Part shown: positions 1-9,551 of the stretch, piece after piece | Numbering within the stretch: position 1 is the first letter of the stretch | Layout: every line of letters begins with the position of its first letter | DNA from: a virus | Lineage: Duplodnaviria > Caudoviricetes | Direction: 5' to 3' (one strand) | IMG/VR virus record: IMGVR_UViG_3300012913_000003 | Span: 1 to 48,665 of that record | DNA length: 48,665 nucleotides | Program-made: the position numbers and the translations under genes | Notes under the pieces: generated by a model | What the model was told of the DNA's origin: nothing | Databases searched by the model: none | The model's input: only the letters and a program-made list of their open reading frames with translations

Positions 1-82
1 GGCTTCTCGCAATCTGTACGGCCTGCCCAACTCCATAGAGTCACATTCCGTGATCCGGCTACTCAGGGTGAGGTGACTCTCC

Positions 83-493
83 GTGGCGCAGACTGTCCCC
101 CCGAAGCCGGACGCCGTCCGCCGCAACGCCCGCCCCGGCATGACGATGCTCCCCGCCGGCGGCCGCGAGGGCGACGCGCCCGATTGGCCGCTCGACCTGG
201 GCAATCCCTCCGAGATGCAGCTCTGGCGTGATCTGTGGGCCACTCCGCAAGCTGTCGCCTGGGAGAACTTCGGCTGGACGCGCGTCGTCGCCCGCTACGT
301 GCGCTGCGTCATCATCGCCGAGGGCATGGACAAGGACGCCCTGTCCGAGTCCCGCCAGCTCGAGGACCGCCTCGGCCTCACGCCGAAGGCCATGCGCATG
401 CTGATGTGGCAGATCGCCCCGGACGAGGTCGCCGAACAGCGCGCCTCGACGCCGGCGCCGAGCGCGCGGGGTCGGATCAAGGCCGTAGGCTGA
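83..493 (+). CDS. terS: Terminase small subunit
   Basis: First gene, overlapping the terL start. Motif LWRDLWATPQAVAW...RQLEDRLGLTPKAM is typical of actinophage small terminases. Confidence 0.8.
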   Translation: MAQTVPPKPDAVRRNARPGMTMLPAGGREGDAPDWPLDLGNPSEMQLWRDLWATPQAVAWENFGWTRVVARYVRCVIIAEGMDKDALSESRQLEDRLGLTPKAMRMLMWQIAPDEVAEQRASTPAPSARGRIKAVG

Positions 494-2094
494 TGCCCTG
501 GCGTGGCCCTCAGGAGCCGGGTGAGTTTCCGACCCTGGGCTACGACGTCGGCGAGTGGATCGAGGCCCACTGCGTCATCCCGGACGGCTACCTGCAGGGC
601 CAGCCGTACCGGCTCACCGACGAGATGTGGACGTTCCTCATCCACTTCTACCGGCTCTACCCGTACGCCGCGCCCTGGCCGGCCCCTGACTCGCTGCGCT
701 ACACCGGCGCCCAGCTCCGGCGCTCGCAGAAGTGGGGCAAGGACCCGTTCGGCGCTGCCATGATCTGGGCAGAGGCGCTCGGCCCGACCCGCTTCGACGG
801 CTGGAACGCCGACGGCGACCCGGTCGGTGCGCCGTATCCGACGCCGCTGATCGTCTGCCTCGGCACGTCCGAGGAGCAGACCGACAACACGTGGCGCCCG
901 TTCGTCGCCTCCGGCCAGCTCGGCCCGCTCGCGAACGTGCCCGGCCTCGACATCGGCCTCACCCGGTGCCTGCTGCCCGGCGGCGGCAAGGTCGAGCCGG
1001 TCACCACCTCGGCGAAGGCCCGGCTCGGTGCCCCGCTGACGTTCCTCACGATGACCGAGTCGCACCTGTTCACGCTGCAGGGCGGCTACCGCAAGGTGGC
1101 CGGCGCCGTGAAGCGGAACGTTGCCGGCATGGACGGCCGCTGGCTGGAGCTCACCAACGCGTGGGACCCGACCGAGGGCTCCGAGGCGCAGGTCACGGGC
1201 GACAACCCGGACGAGCGCACCTACGTGGACGCGATCGAGCCGCACCGGGTCGAGGACCTGGCCGACGACGACGCGCTCTACGCCGAGCTGCTGCGCCAGT
1301 ACGGCGACAGCTCCCGGGAGCGCGGCGGCTGGGTGAACATTCGCGGCCGGATCTTCGGCGAGGCGCGCTCGGCCAAGCACATGGAAGCCGACCGGCGGCG
1401 CTTCTTCCTGAACGAGATCGTGGTCGGCCAGTCCGTCTTCGTCGATCCGATCCGCTGGGACGCCCTGGCGCGCGAAGAGACCCTGGCCCCGGGCGAGCGC
1501 ATCGCCCTCGGCTTCGACGGCTCGAAGTTCCGGGACGCCACCTCGCTGATCGCCTGCCGGTTGTCCGACGGCAAGCTGTTCAACCTGCGCACCTGGGAAC
1601 GCCCCGCGGACGCCCTGCAGTGGAAGGTGCCCTCGGCCGAGGTCGACCAGGTCGTGCAGGACACCTTCGACGCGTACGAGGTCGCGCTTCTGTTCGCCGA
1701 CCCGTACCGGTGGCAGGACTACCTGGACGTGTGGGCCGGCCGCTGGCCGAAGCAGATCGTCGAGTTCCCAACGAACGTCGAGCAGCGCATGGACAAGGCG
1801 ATCGAGCGGTTCACCACCTCGTTCGGCGCCGGTCAGATCTACCACGACGGCGACGAGATCCTCACCCGGCATGTGAAGAACGCGGTGCTGGTGAAGGGCT
1901 CGAAGAAGAAGCTCCGCCCCGGCGAAGAGGAAGACATCGCCTCGCACTACCTGAAGATGGCCAAGCGCGGCACCGGCCAGCTCATCGACGCCGCGGTGGC
2001 CGCGGTGCTGGCGTACGCCGCCCGTGGGCAGGCCGTCGAGGACGGCGCGCTGGTGCCGGAGCAGACCCAGCAGTTCTTCGCGTCCTGGCGGTGA
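493..2094 (+). CDS. terL: Terminase large subunit
   Basis: ATG at 493 overlaps the terS stop. Walker A-like RSQKWGKD, Walker B-like LTMTESHL, nuclease motifs LGFDGS and IDAAVAAVLA. Confidence 0.92.
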   Translation: MPWRGPQEPGEFPTLGYDVGEWIEAHCVIPDGYLQGQPYRLTDEMWTFLIHFYRLYPYAAPWPAPDSLRYTGAQLRRSQKWGKDPFGAAMIWAEALGPTRFDGWNADGDPVGAPYPTPLIVCLGTSEEQTDNTWRPFVASGQLGPLANVPGLDIGLTRCLLPGGGKVEPVTTSAKARLGAPLTFLTMTESHLFTLQGGYRKVAGAVKRNVAGMDGRWLELTNAWDPTEGSEAQVTGDNPDERTYVDAIEPHRVEDLADDDALYAELLRQYGDSSRERGGWVNIRGRIFGEARSAKHMEADRRRFFLNEIVVGQSVFVDPIRWDALAREETLAPGERIALGFDGSKFRDATSLIACRLSDGKLFNLRTWERPADALQWKVPSAEVDQVVQDTFDAYEVALLFADPYRWQDYLDVWAGRWPKQIVEFPTNVEQRMDKAIERFTTSFGAGQIYHDGDEILTRHVKNAVLVKGSKKKLRPGEEEDIASHYLKMAKRGTGQLIDAAVAAVLAYAARGQAVEDGALVPEQTQQFFASWR

Positions 2095-2103
2095 GGGAGA
2101 CCC

Positions 2104-2352
2104 GTGACGTTCTTCGACCAGACGGTGACCGACCGGATCACCGCCGACGCCCGCCAGATCAACTTCCGCCACACCGCCCTGGCCGCGCTGCGGGCTTTGC
2201 TGACCGCGATCGCCGCGGTGCTCTACGCCGTCGGCTGGATCACCTTCAAGACGCTCGCCGGCCTCTGGTTCGCCGCCGCCTGGGTCGGTGCCGCCGTGAA
2301 GGTGGGCTGGCAGGAGGCCCGTACGGAGGCGGTTCATGGACAGTCTCGATGA
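2104..2352 (+). CDS. Small membrane protein
   Basis: RBS GAGGGAG, GTG start, two hydrophobic segments. Confidence 0.6.
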   Translation: MTFFDQTVTDRITADARQINFRHTALAALRALLTAIAAVLYAVGWITFKTLAGLWFAAAWVGAAVKVGWQEARTEAVHGQSR

Positions 2353-2551
2353 GCTATTCCGGCTGGTAGGCGACGAGGACTGCGGCGTCGGCATCGACTG
2401 CCGGGCCTGCGACCGGGGTGGTGCGCCGATCGCCTACTACGCCGGCCTCGACCAGCCGTACCCGACCGACGCGGCGCCCGACGTCATCCCGGTCGACACC
2501 ATCGATGCGCTACTGGCCGCCGCTGCCGAGCACGCCGCCGCCCACACGTGA
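2336..2551 (+). CDS. Hypothetical protein (CxxC)
   Basis: RBS GGAGG before ATG; fills the gap before the portal gene. Confidence 0.5.
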   Translation: MDSLDELFRLVGDEDCGVGIDCRACDRGGAPIAYYAGLDQPYPTDAAPDVIPVDTIDALLAAAAEHAAAHT

Positions 2552-2568
2552 CAGGAACGGGGTGACCG

Positions 2569-3936
2569 GTGGGACTGCTCGAGCGTATTGCCGCAGCCCG
2601 CGGTCGCGAGGAGAGCCGGTTCGCGGCTGACCAGTGGCTCAGCGAGTACCTGATCCCGTCATCGTTCTCCTACGGCGGCAACAGCTACCCGTTCGGCATG
2701 ACGCAGACCCTGGCCGGCCAGCGCGTTCAGCAGGTCTCGGCGACCCTGCCCGGCTATGCGGCCGCCCTGCGCGCCTGCCCGCCCGCGTTCGCCGCCCAGA
2801 TGGTCCGTGCGCTGGTCCTCAGCCAGGCCCGGTTCGTGTTCCGCAACCGTCCCGGCTCGCGGACGCCGCGGCGCACGTTCGGCACCAGTGAGCTGTCGAT
2901 CCTGGAGACGCCGTGGCCGAACGCGACGACCGGCGACCTGCTGGCCCGCATGGAGTGGCACGCCGGGCTGACTGGTAACGCGTTCGTGGTCCGGCAGCCG
3001 AACCGGCTGCGTGTGCTGCGACCGGACTGGACGGCCGTCATCTACGGCTCGCAGTCCGAGCCGGACGACCCGGCGGGCGCGCTCGACGGCGAGGTCCTCG
3101 GCTACGTCTACCAGAACGGCGGCATCGGCTCCGGTCGCGGCAAGCCCCAGACGATGCTCCCCGCCGACGTGGCGCACTGGTCGCCGCTGCCTGACCCGGA
3201 GCGGCCCGACATGGGCCAGTCCTGGGTGACCGCGGCGCTCGCCGACATCCAGGGCGACCGGGCGGCGACGCAGCACAAGCTGAAGTTCTTCGAGAACGGC
3301 GCGACGCCGAACATGGTGGTCAAGGGGATCACCGCGGCGAACCGCGAGCAGTTCGACGAGATCGTCGCGTCGATGGAGGAGAACCACGCCGGCGTGGCGA
3401 ACGCGTACAAGACCCTCTACCTGGTCGCGGGCGCTGACGCCACGGTGGTCGGCGCGGATCTGAAGCAGCTCGACTTCAAGGCCACGCAGGGCGCCGGCGA
3501 GACCCGGATCGCGATGCTGAGCCGGGTGCCGGCTCCGCTGCTGGGCATCTCGGAGGGCCTGGCCGGGTCGTCGCTGAACGCGGGCAACTTCGGTATGGCC
3601 CGGCGCATCTTCGCCGACTCGTGGATCTACCCGAGCCTGCAGGACCTGTGCTCGGCGGTCTCGTCGATCATCCGCGTGCCGGGTGACGCCGAGCTGTGGT
3701 TCGACACGGCCGACATGCCGCTGCTGCGCGAGGACGCCAAGGACGCCGCCGAGATCACGTCGGTGCAGGCCTCGACGATCGGCCAGCTGGTCCGCGACGG
3801 CTACACCTCCGACTCGGCCAAGGCGGCCGTGGTCGCGAACGACATGAACCTCCTGGTCCACACCGGCCTCGTCAGCGTGCAGCTCCAGGTGCCCGGCTCC
3901 ACTCCGACCTCTGCCCCGACAGGAGGCCAAGCGTGA
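2569..3936 (+). CDS. Portal protein (HK97-like)
   Basis: Position after terL; GNAFV, KFFENGATP and GETRIA...VP motifs. Confidence 0.9.
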   Translation: MGLLERIAAARGREESRFAADQWLSEYLIPSSFSYGGNSYPFGMTQTLAGQRVQQVSATLPGYAAALRACPPAFAAQMVRALVLSQARFVFRNRPGSRTPRRTFGTSELSILETPWPNATTGDLLARMEWHAGLTGNAFVVRQPNRLRVLRPDWTAVIYGSQSEPDDPAGALDGEVLGYVYQNGGIGSGRGKPQTMLPADVAHWSPLPDPERPDMGQSWVTAALADIQGDRAATQHKLKFFENGATPNMVVKGITAANREQFDEIVASMEENHAGVANAYKTLYLVAGADATVVGADLKQLDFKATQGAGETRIAMLSRVPAPLLGISEGLAGSSLNAGNFGMARRIFADSWIYPSLQDLCSAVSSIIRVPGDAELWFDTADMPLLREDAKDAAEITSVQASTIGQLVRDGYTSDSAKAAVVANDMNLLVHTGLVSVQLQVPGSTPTSAPTGGQA

Positions 3937-4727
3937 CCACGCTGACCGAGAGGTCCCCCATCTGCCTGCGCGCGGCCGAGTTCCGCGCCGAGGGCGACGC
4001 CGGCGACGGCCGCACCCTGGAGGGCTACGCCGCGGTCTTCAGCACCCCGACCCGGATCCAGTCCTGGGAGGGCGAGTTCGACGAGGAGATCGCCCCCGGC
4101 GCGTTCAAGCGCACCCTGCGCTCCCGGACCCCGGTGCTCCAGTTCGACCACGGACGCGACCAGCGCACCGGCACCGTCCCGATCGGCTCCATCGAGGAGC
4201 TGAAGGAGGACAGTTCGGGCTTGTTCGTCTCGGCGCGGCTGTTCGACAACGACCTGGTCGAGCCGATCCGGCAGGCCATCGCCGGCAAGGCCATCACCGG
4301 CATGTCGTTCCGGTTCGCTGTCGCCGACGAACGCTGGACCGACGCCAAGGGCGTGCGGGTCAAGGAGGGCGAGCTGGCGGAGCTGCTGTGGCAGCCCGGC
4401 GACCGTGGGCCGCTGAAGCGGACCATCCTGCGCGTCGACCCGCTGTTCGAGCTCGGCCCGGTCGTGTTCCCCGCCTACGACAGCACCTCCGTCGGTGTGC
4501 GGTCGCTGCTTGCGCAGCTGACCCCCGACGAGCACCGCACCATGCTGCGCGAGTTGGCCGCCGAACTGCGGCAGCACGCGGGCATCACAGACCTCGCCGT
4601 GGAGGCCAGCACCAGGGGTGCGGATGACGGCGAACCCGGTACGCAGCCAGAGAGCGGCGAGCGGCCAAATCTCACCATCCGCACGCGCGCCGACAGCGAC
4701 GCGCTTCGCCTTCGAGGAATCCTGTGA
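3933..4727 (+). CDS. Prohead (capsid maturation) protease, HK97 family
   Basis: GTG at 3933 overlaps the portal stop. LEGYAAVF, FDHG, GMSFRF and ELGPVVFPAY motifs. Confidence 0.92.
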   Translation: MTTLTERSPICLRAAEFRAEGDAGDGRTLEGYAAVFSTPTRIQSWEGEFDEEIAPGAFKRTLRSRTPVLQFDHGRDQRTGTVPIGSIEELKEDSSGLFVSARLFDNDLVEPIRQAIAGKAITGMSFRFAVADERWTDAKGVRVKEGELAELLWQPGDRGPLKRTILRVDPLFELGPVVFPAYDSTSVGVRSLLAQLTPDEHRTMLRELAAELRQHAGITDLAVEASTRGADDGEPGTQPESGERPNLTIRTRADSDALRLRGIL

Positions 4728-6292
4728 ACATCCGTCGTAAGCCGGCCCTGCTCGGCTACCGCAAGAACGGCGCCCCGATCTGGCTGGCCCAGGGCGGCGC
4801 CCCCGACCTCACCGAACAGGTCGCCCGCGGCCTGGAAGGCAAGGACGTCGCCGACATCAAGGACGGCGTCACCCCCGACGAGCTGCGGGGCATGACCCCC
4901 GACCAGCTCGTCCAGTACGTCCAGATCCTGGACGCGCACCTGCGCTCGATCCACCAGGACGAGGACACCGGCGAGCTGCGCGAGAAGACCCCGGAGGAGC
5001 GCAAGGCGTTCGACTTCGGCTTGAAGCTGCGCGACCTCGCGAACAAGAAGATCGAGGAACACCGCAGCATCCAGGAGATCTTCGGCCGCAAGCCGAAGGC
5101 CGTCCGGCAGGCCCTCGCGAACATCCGCCACGGTCTCGACGACAACGCCACCGTGACCCGGATGACCATCCCCGAGGCCCGCGATGCGGCCCTGCGGGTG
5201 CTCGACGACCGGAACTCCGTGCGGCACCTCGCCACCGACCAGGTCGACCAGGTCGAGAAGGCGATCCGCCGCAACACCGACACCGCCCGCCGGATCCTCG
5301 TCACCGAGAACGAGGGCTACCGCACGGCGTGGATGAAGCTGGTCTCCGAGCCGCACCCGATGCTCACCGACGACGAGCGCAACGCCGTGCTCGCCTACAA
5401 CGAGTACCGGGCCATGGCCGAGGGTTCGACCACCGCCGGCGGCTTCGGCATCCCGGTGTTCATCGACCCGTCGATCATCCTGACGGCGCAGGGCTCCGGG
5501 AACCCGTTCCTGAGCCTGGCCAAGCAGGTCGACGTCAACACGAACATGTGGAAGGGCGTCAGCTCGGCCGGCGTCTCCTGGGCGTTCCAGTCCGAGGGCG
5601 TGGCGACCACCGACAACTCGCCGACCCTGGCGCAGCCGTCGGTGCAGGTCTACATGGCCCGCGGCTTCATCCCGTACTCGATCGAGGTCGGGCAGGACTA
5701 TCCGGGCTTCGCCGACGAGATGCAGACCCTGCTGGCGTCCGGCTACGACGAGCTGCTCGTCGACAAGTTCACCCGCGGCTCCGGCACGGGCGAGCCGTTC
5801 GGCATCGTGACCGCGCTGTCGGCCAACACCAACGTCCGGGTCCGGGTCCAGACGAACGGCGCGTTCGGCCAGGCCGACCCGTACACGGTGTGGAAGGCGC
5901 TGCCGCAGCGGTTCCGCCGCCAGGCGAACTGGATGATGAGCGTCGGCGTGAACAACGCGGTCCGCCAGCTCGGCACCGCGAACGTGTTCCACGCCTTCAC
6001 CGACAACCTGCCGGCCGAGTGGGCTGACACCCTGTTCGGTAAGGGCGTCTACGAGTCGCCGTACATGAACGACGTGACGTCGTCCACATCGGCTACCACG
6101 GAGCTCGCGGTCGTCGGCGACTGGTCGAACTACGTGATCGCCCGTCGCGGCGGCATGTCCGTCGAGCTGGTGCCGCAGCTGTTCGACGTGACCAACAACC
6201 GGCCGACCGGCCAGCGCGGCTGGTTCGCGTACGCCCGGATCGGCGGCAACTCGGTCAACGACCTGGGCTTCCGCCTGCTGGTCAACACCTGA
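4724..6292 (+). CDS. Major capsid protein (HK97 fold, N-terminal delta/scaffold region)
   Basis: Coiled N-terminus, AGGFGIP, GSGTGEPFGI, VVGDWSNYVI, GQRGWFAYARIGG. Confidence 0.92.
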   Translation: MNIRRKPALLGYRKNGAPIWLAQGGAPDLTEQVARGLEGKDVADIKDGVTPDELRGMTPDQLVQYVQILDAHLRSIHQDEDTGELREKTPEERKAFDFGLKLRDLANKKIEEHRSIQEIFGRKPKAVRQALANIRHGLDDNATVTRMTIPEARDAALRVLDDRNSVRHLATDQVDQVEKAIRRNTDTARRILVTENEGYRTAWMKLVSEPHPMLTDDERNAVLAYNEYRAMAEGSTTAGGFGIPVFIDPSIILTAQGSGNPFLSLAKQVDVNTNMWKGVSSAGVSWAFQSEGVATTDNSPTLAQPSVQVYMARGFIPYSIEVGQDYPGFADEMQTLLASGYDELLVDKFTRGSGTGEPFGIVTALSANTNVRVRVQTNGAFGQADPYTVWKALPQRFRRQANWMMSVGVNNAVRQLGTANVFHAFTDNLPAEWADTLFGKGVYESPYMNDVTSSTSATTELAVVGDWSNYVIARRGGMSVELVPQLFDVTNNRPTGQRGWFAYARIGGNSVNDLGFRLLVNT

Positions 6293-6311
6293 TCCGGATT
6301 CGCCTTCGGCT

Positions 6312-6348
6312 GGGCGGGTATTGGTGCTGACGTACCGATGTCCCGCCC
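6312..6348 (+). terminator. Stem-loop downstream of the capsid gene (attenuator or mRNA stabiliser)
   Basis: GGGCGGGTATTGGTGC-TGAC-GTACCGATGTCCCGCCC forms a long hairpin with G-U pairs and no U tract. Confidence 0.45.
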
Positions 6349-6363
6349 TTCAAGGAGTTCGCC

Positions 6364-6606
6364 ATGGCGGAAGCCAGCAAGACCACCGAGACCAAGAACG
6401 CCGATGCGAAGCCGGCGGAGCAGGCAACTGCCGCCCCGGGTGAGCGGCGTTCCGCGCCGGTCGGCAGCAAGCTCGCGCCGGCGGCCGAGTCGTCCGACCC
6501 GGCCGTGCACCAGCTGCTCGCCGAGATCCAGACGGCGCAGATGAACGACGACAAGGATGCCGAGTCCGCGGCCCGCAAGGAGCTGCGCCAGCTCGGCTAC
6601 GAGTGA
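6364..6606 (+). CDS. Small acidic protein with EQATAAPGERR motif
   Basis: RBS AAGGAG; motif shared with the next gene. Confidence 0.7.
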   Translation: MAEASKTTETKNADAKPAEQATAAPGERRSAPVGSKLAPAAESSDPAVHQLLAEIQTAQMNDDKDAESAARKELRQLGYE

Positions 6607-6637
6607 CACGCAACCTGCGGTAGCGCACCGCAGGCGA

Positions 6638-6670
6638 GGCGGCCCCGGGATCCCAGGTTCCGGGGCCGCC
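6638..6670 (+). terminator. GC-rich stem-loop
   Basis: GGCGGCCCCGG...CCGGGGCCGCC, an 11-bp inverted repeat in the intergenic space. Confidence 0.45.
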
Positions 6671-6690
6671 GCATACCTGGGAGAGGTTTC

Positions 6691-6921
6691 ATGGACATCG
6701 TCTACGCGACCGCGAATTCGTCGGTTGCCACCCCCGAGGGCGGCCAGGTCCTGGTCCGGGCCGGCTCGCACTGGCCGGCGAACGATCCGGTGGTGCTGGC
6801 TCAGCCGTCGCTGTTCTCGACGGACGCCCGCCACGGCCTGAACTTCAGCTCGCCGCCTGAACCCGATCCGGTGGTGGAGCAGGCGACGGCGGCGCCGGGC
6901 GAGCGGCGGGCCCGGCGGTGA
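6691..6921 (+). CDS. Small protein with EQATAAPGERR motif
   Basis: RBS GGAGAGG; stop overlaps the next start. Confidence 0.7.
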   Translation: MDIVYATANSSVATPEGGQVLVRAGSHWPANDPVVLAQPSLFSTDARHGLNFSSPPEPDPVVEQATAAPGERRARR

Positions 6922-7706
6922 TCGAGCGCAAGGATTCGGTCGCGGTCGCCTACGTCTGCGACAACACGGTCATCTACTCGTGGGTTCGCAGCATGTTCGA
7001 GCTGCTCGAGTACGACACGGCGACGTCGGGCCGGGTGCACGCCGGCGGCCACATCGCGATGCGCTGCGGCACGGACGGCCTGGTCGCCGCCCGCAACGAG
7101 GCGGTCCGGAACTTCCTGAAGTACGAGCGGGCGGACTGGCTGTTCTGGGTCGACACCGACATGGGCTTCGCTCCGGACACGGTGGACCGGCTGCTCGAGG
7201 CGGCCGACCCGGTGGAGCGGCCGATCGTGGGCGGGCTGTGCTTCTCGCAGCGCGAGGACGAGGCCGACCAGCTCGGTGGCTTCCGGTGCACGGCGACGCC
7301 GACGGTGTTCGACTGGGCGCAGGTGGAGGGCCAGTACGGCTGGCAGGTTCGCTGGAACTACGCCCCGAACGCGCTGACGCAGGTCGGCGGCACCGGCGCG
7401 GCGTGCATCCTGATCCACCGGTCGGTGTTCGAGAAGATCGAGGCCAAGCACGGCCAGGTCTGGTATGACCGGGTGCCGAACACGACCACCGGTCAGCTCA
7501 TCGGCGAGGATCTGTCGTTCTGCCTGCGCGCGGGCGCGCTTCAGATCCCGATCTACGTGCACACCGGCGTCCCGACGACCCACTTCAAGCACCTGTGGCT
7601 GGGCGAGCAGGACTACTGGCAGCAGGTCGCGCTGCGCTCGGCGCAGGACGAGATCTCCGCCCAGCTGTCGGCCGCGGATTCCGAGGCCGAGCCGGTGGCG
7701 TCATGA
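6918..7706 (+). CDS. Glycosyltransferase (GT-A/GT2-like)
   Basis: ARNEAV...DWLFWVDTDM (DxD motif), GAACILIHRSVF, GEDLSFC. Confidence 0.85.
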   Translation: MIERKDSVAVAYVCDNTVIYSWVRSMFELLEYDTATSGRVHAGGHIAMRCGTDGLVAARNEAVRNFLKYERADWLFWVDTDMGFAPDTVDRLLEAADPVERPIVGGLCFSQREDEADQLGGFRCTATPTVFDWAQVEGQYGWQVRWNYAPNALTQVGGTGAACILIHRSVFEKIEAKHGQVWYDRVPNTTTGQLIGEDLSFCLRAGALQIPIYVHTGVPTTHFKHLWLGEQDYWQQVALRSAQDEISAQLSAADSEAEPVAS

Positions 7707-8386
7707 CCGACCTCGTGGTGATCGTGCCGTCCCGCGGCCGGCCGCACGCCGCGGTCGAGCTGGCCGGGGCGTTTGGGGAGACCAAGGCCACCTCGCGGCT
7801 GGTGTTCGCGGTCGATGACGACGACCCGACCCGCAACGACTACCTGGCTGCCCTCGAGGCCTACCCGTGGACGACCGTGCACTTCGGCCCGTCGCCGTCG
7901 ACGATGGTCAAGGCGCTGAACGGCGTCGCGTCGTTGTACGCGAACGAAGCATTCGCGCTCGGCTTCATGGGCGACGACCACCGCCCCCGGACGATGCACT
8001 GGGACGCCATGTACCTCACGGCGCTCGACCAGCTCGGCACCGGGATCGTTTACGGCAACGACCTGCTCCAGGGCGAGAACATCCCGACCCAGGTCGCCAT
8101 GACCGCGGACATCGTCCGGGCGGTCGGCCACATGGCGCCGCCGGCCCTGACGCACCTGTATGTCGACAACTACTGGAAGGACCTCGGCGAGAAGGCCGGG
8201 TGCCTGCGGTATCTGCCGAGCGTGGTGGTCGAGCACATGCACCCGCTGGCCCACAAGGCCGCGTGGGACGAGGGCTACGCCCGGGTCAACGACCGGTCGA
8301 TGTACCAGCACGACGGCGACGCCTACGCCGACTACGCCGGCTCGCACCTGGCCGACGACGTCGAGACGGTGCGGGCGCTGCGGTGA
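7703..8386 (+). CDS. Glycosyltransferase (GT-A/GT2-like)
   Basis: N-terminal VVIVPSRGRP, FAVDDDD, GFMGDDH, HLYVDN, VEHMHP. Confidence 0.8.
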   Translation: MTDLVVIVPSRGRPHAAVELAGAFGETKATSRLVFAVDDDDPTRNDYLAALEAYPWTTVHFGPSPSTMVKALNGVASLYANEAFALGFMGDDHRPRTMHWDAMYLTALDQLGTGIVYGNDLLQGENIPTQVAMTADIVRAVGHMAPPALTHLYVDNYWKDLGEKAGCLRYLPSVVVEHMHPLAHKAAWDEGYARVNDRSMYQHDGDAYADYAGSHLADDVETVRALR

Positions 8387-8991
8387 CCGCCTGGAAGCTG
8401 TTCCCGGGCCAGGTCGCGCACGTGTCGACGCCGGAGTTCCACGCCGGCCGCGAACGCGCCGATCACCTGGGTGACCCGGTGCACCGGCCTCGGCTGCTGA
8501 AGGCGGCCGACATGGTCCGGCAGGCGGCGCTGCTGGCCGTCGACCCGACCGTCTCGGACCTGGGCTGCGGTGACGGTGGCCTGCTGTCGCTGATCCCGGA
8601 GTTCGACGCCTGGGGATACGACTTCACCCCGGCGAACGCCGCGGGCTGGCCGGAGCGCGGTGTGAAGGCCGAGCTGCTGGACATCTTCGGCGCCGACCAG
8701 GACCGGGTGCGCCTGGGCACGATCGTCGTGATGACGGAGGTGCTCGAGCACCTGTCGGATCCGGCGGCCGCGGTGCGCTGGGTGCGCGGAAACTCCCGCT
8801 TCCTGGTCGCGTCGTCGCCGTGGGTCGAGAACGGCCGGGCGTACAACGACTGCCACGCGTGGGCGTTCGACCCGGCCGGCTACCGGCTACTCCTCGAGGC
8901 GGCAGGGTTTGTGATCCTCCGGCATGAGCTGGTGGGCAACTTCCAGGTGCTGCTGGCGGAGAACGCGACGGCAAGGGCGGCCCTCCCATGA
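8383..8991 (+). CDS. Class I SAM-dependent methyltransferase
   Basis: Motif I DLGCGDGGLL; TEVLEHL. Confidence 0.85.
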   Translation: MTAWKLFPGQVAHVSTPEFHAGRERADHLGDPVHRPRLLKAADMVRQAALLAVDPTVSDLGCGDGGLLSLIPEFDAWGYDFTPANAAGWPERGVKAELLDIFGADQDRVRLGTIVVMTEVLEHLSDPAAAVRWVRGNSRFLVASSPWVENGRAYNDCHAWAFDPAGYRLLLEAAGFVILRHELVGNFQVLLAENATARAALP

Positions 8992-9551
8992 TGCGCACCC
9001 GTCTGCGGCCCACGCCGACCGCTGACGAGTTGGCCAAGCTCTACGCGGTCCCGCACAACCACCTGAAGTGGGAGGACCACGTCTTCCGGGTGGACGTCAC
9101 TTCGGCGCTGGCCCATCACCTGATGAAGCCGGGCGGCCGGGTGGCGGACCTGTCCTGCGGCAACGCCCTGATCGCCCGCCGGCTTCAGGACTCGCACGGG
9201 GCGACGCTGGTTCTGGGCGACTTCGCGCCGGGCTACGAGCACACCGGCCCGATCGAGCAGACCATCGAGCAGATCGACCCGGTGGATCTGTTCGTGTGCT
9301 CGGAGACGATCGAGCACCTCGACGACCCGGACGCGGTGCTGCGGCAGATCCGGCGCAAGACGAACCGGCTGCTGCTGTCCACCCCGGACGGCGAGATCGA
9401 CGACTCCAACCCCGAGCACGTGTGGGGCTGGGACGCCGAGGCCGTCGAGAAGATGCTGACCGCCGCCGGCTTCAGCCCGGACCTGCGGGCAACCGTGGAT
9501 ATCCGGCCTGCGGGCGGGGTCTACGCCTACCAGATCTGGGCATGCCGATGA
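8988..9551 (+). CDS. Class I SAM-dependent methyltransferase
   Basis: VADLSCGN, CSETIEHLDDP, LLLSTP. Confidence 0.8.
   Translation: MMRTRLRPTPTADELAKLYAVPHNHLKWEDHVFRVDVTSALAHHLMKPGGRVADLSCGNALIARRLQDSHGATLVLGDFAPGYEHTGPIEQTIEQIDPVDLFVCSETIEHLDDPDAVLRQIRRKTNRLLLSTPDGEIDDSNPEHVWGWDAEAVEKMLTAAGFSPDLRATVDIRPAGGVYAYQIWACR

Noticed and set aside
8383-9551. DNA methyltransferases
   Set aside because: No DPPY/NPPY or PC motifs are present. The EHL motif and the gene context point to small-molecule or sugar methyltransferases.
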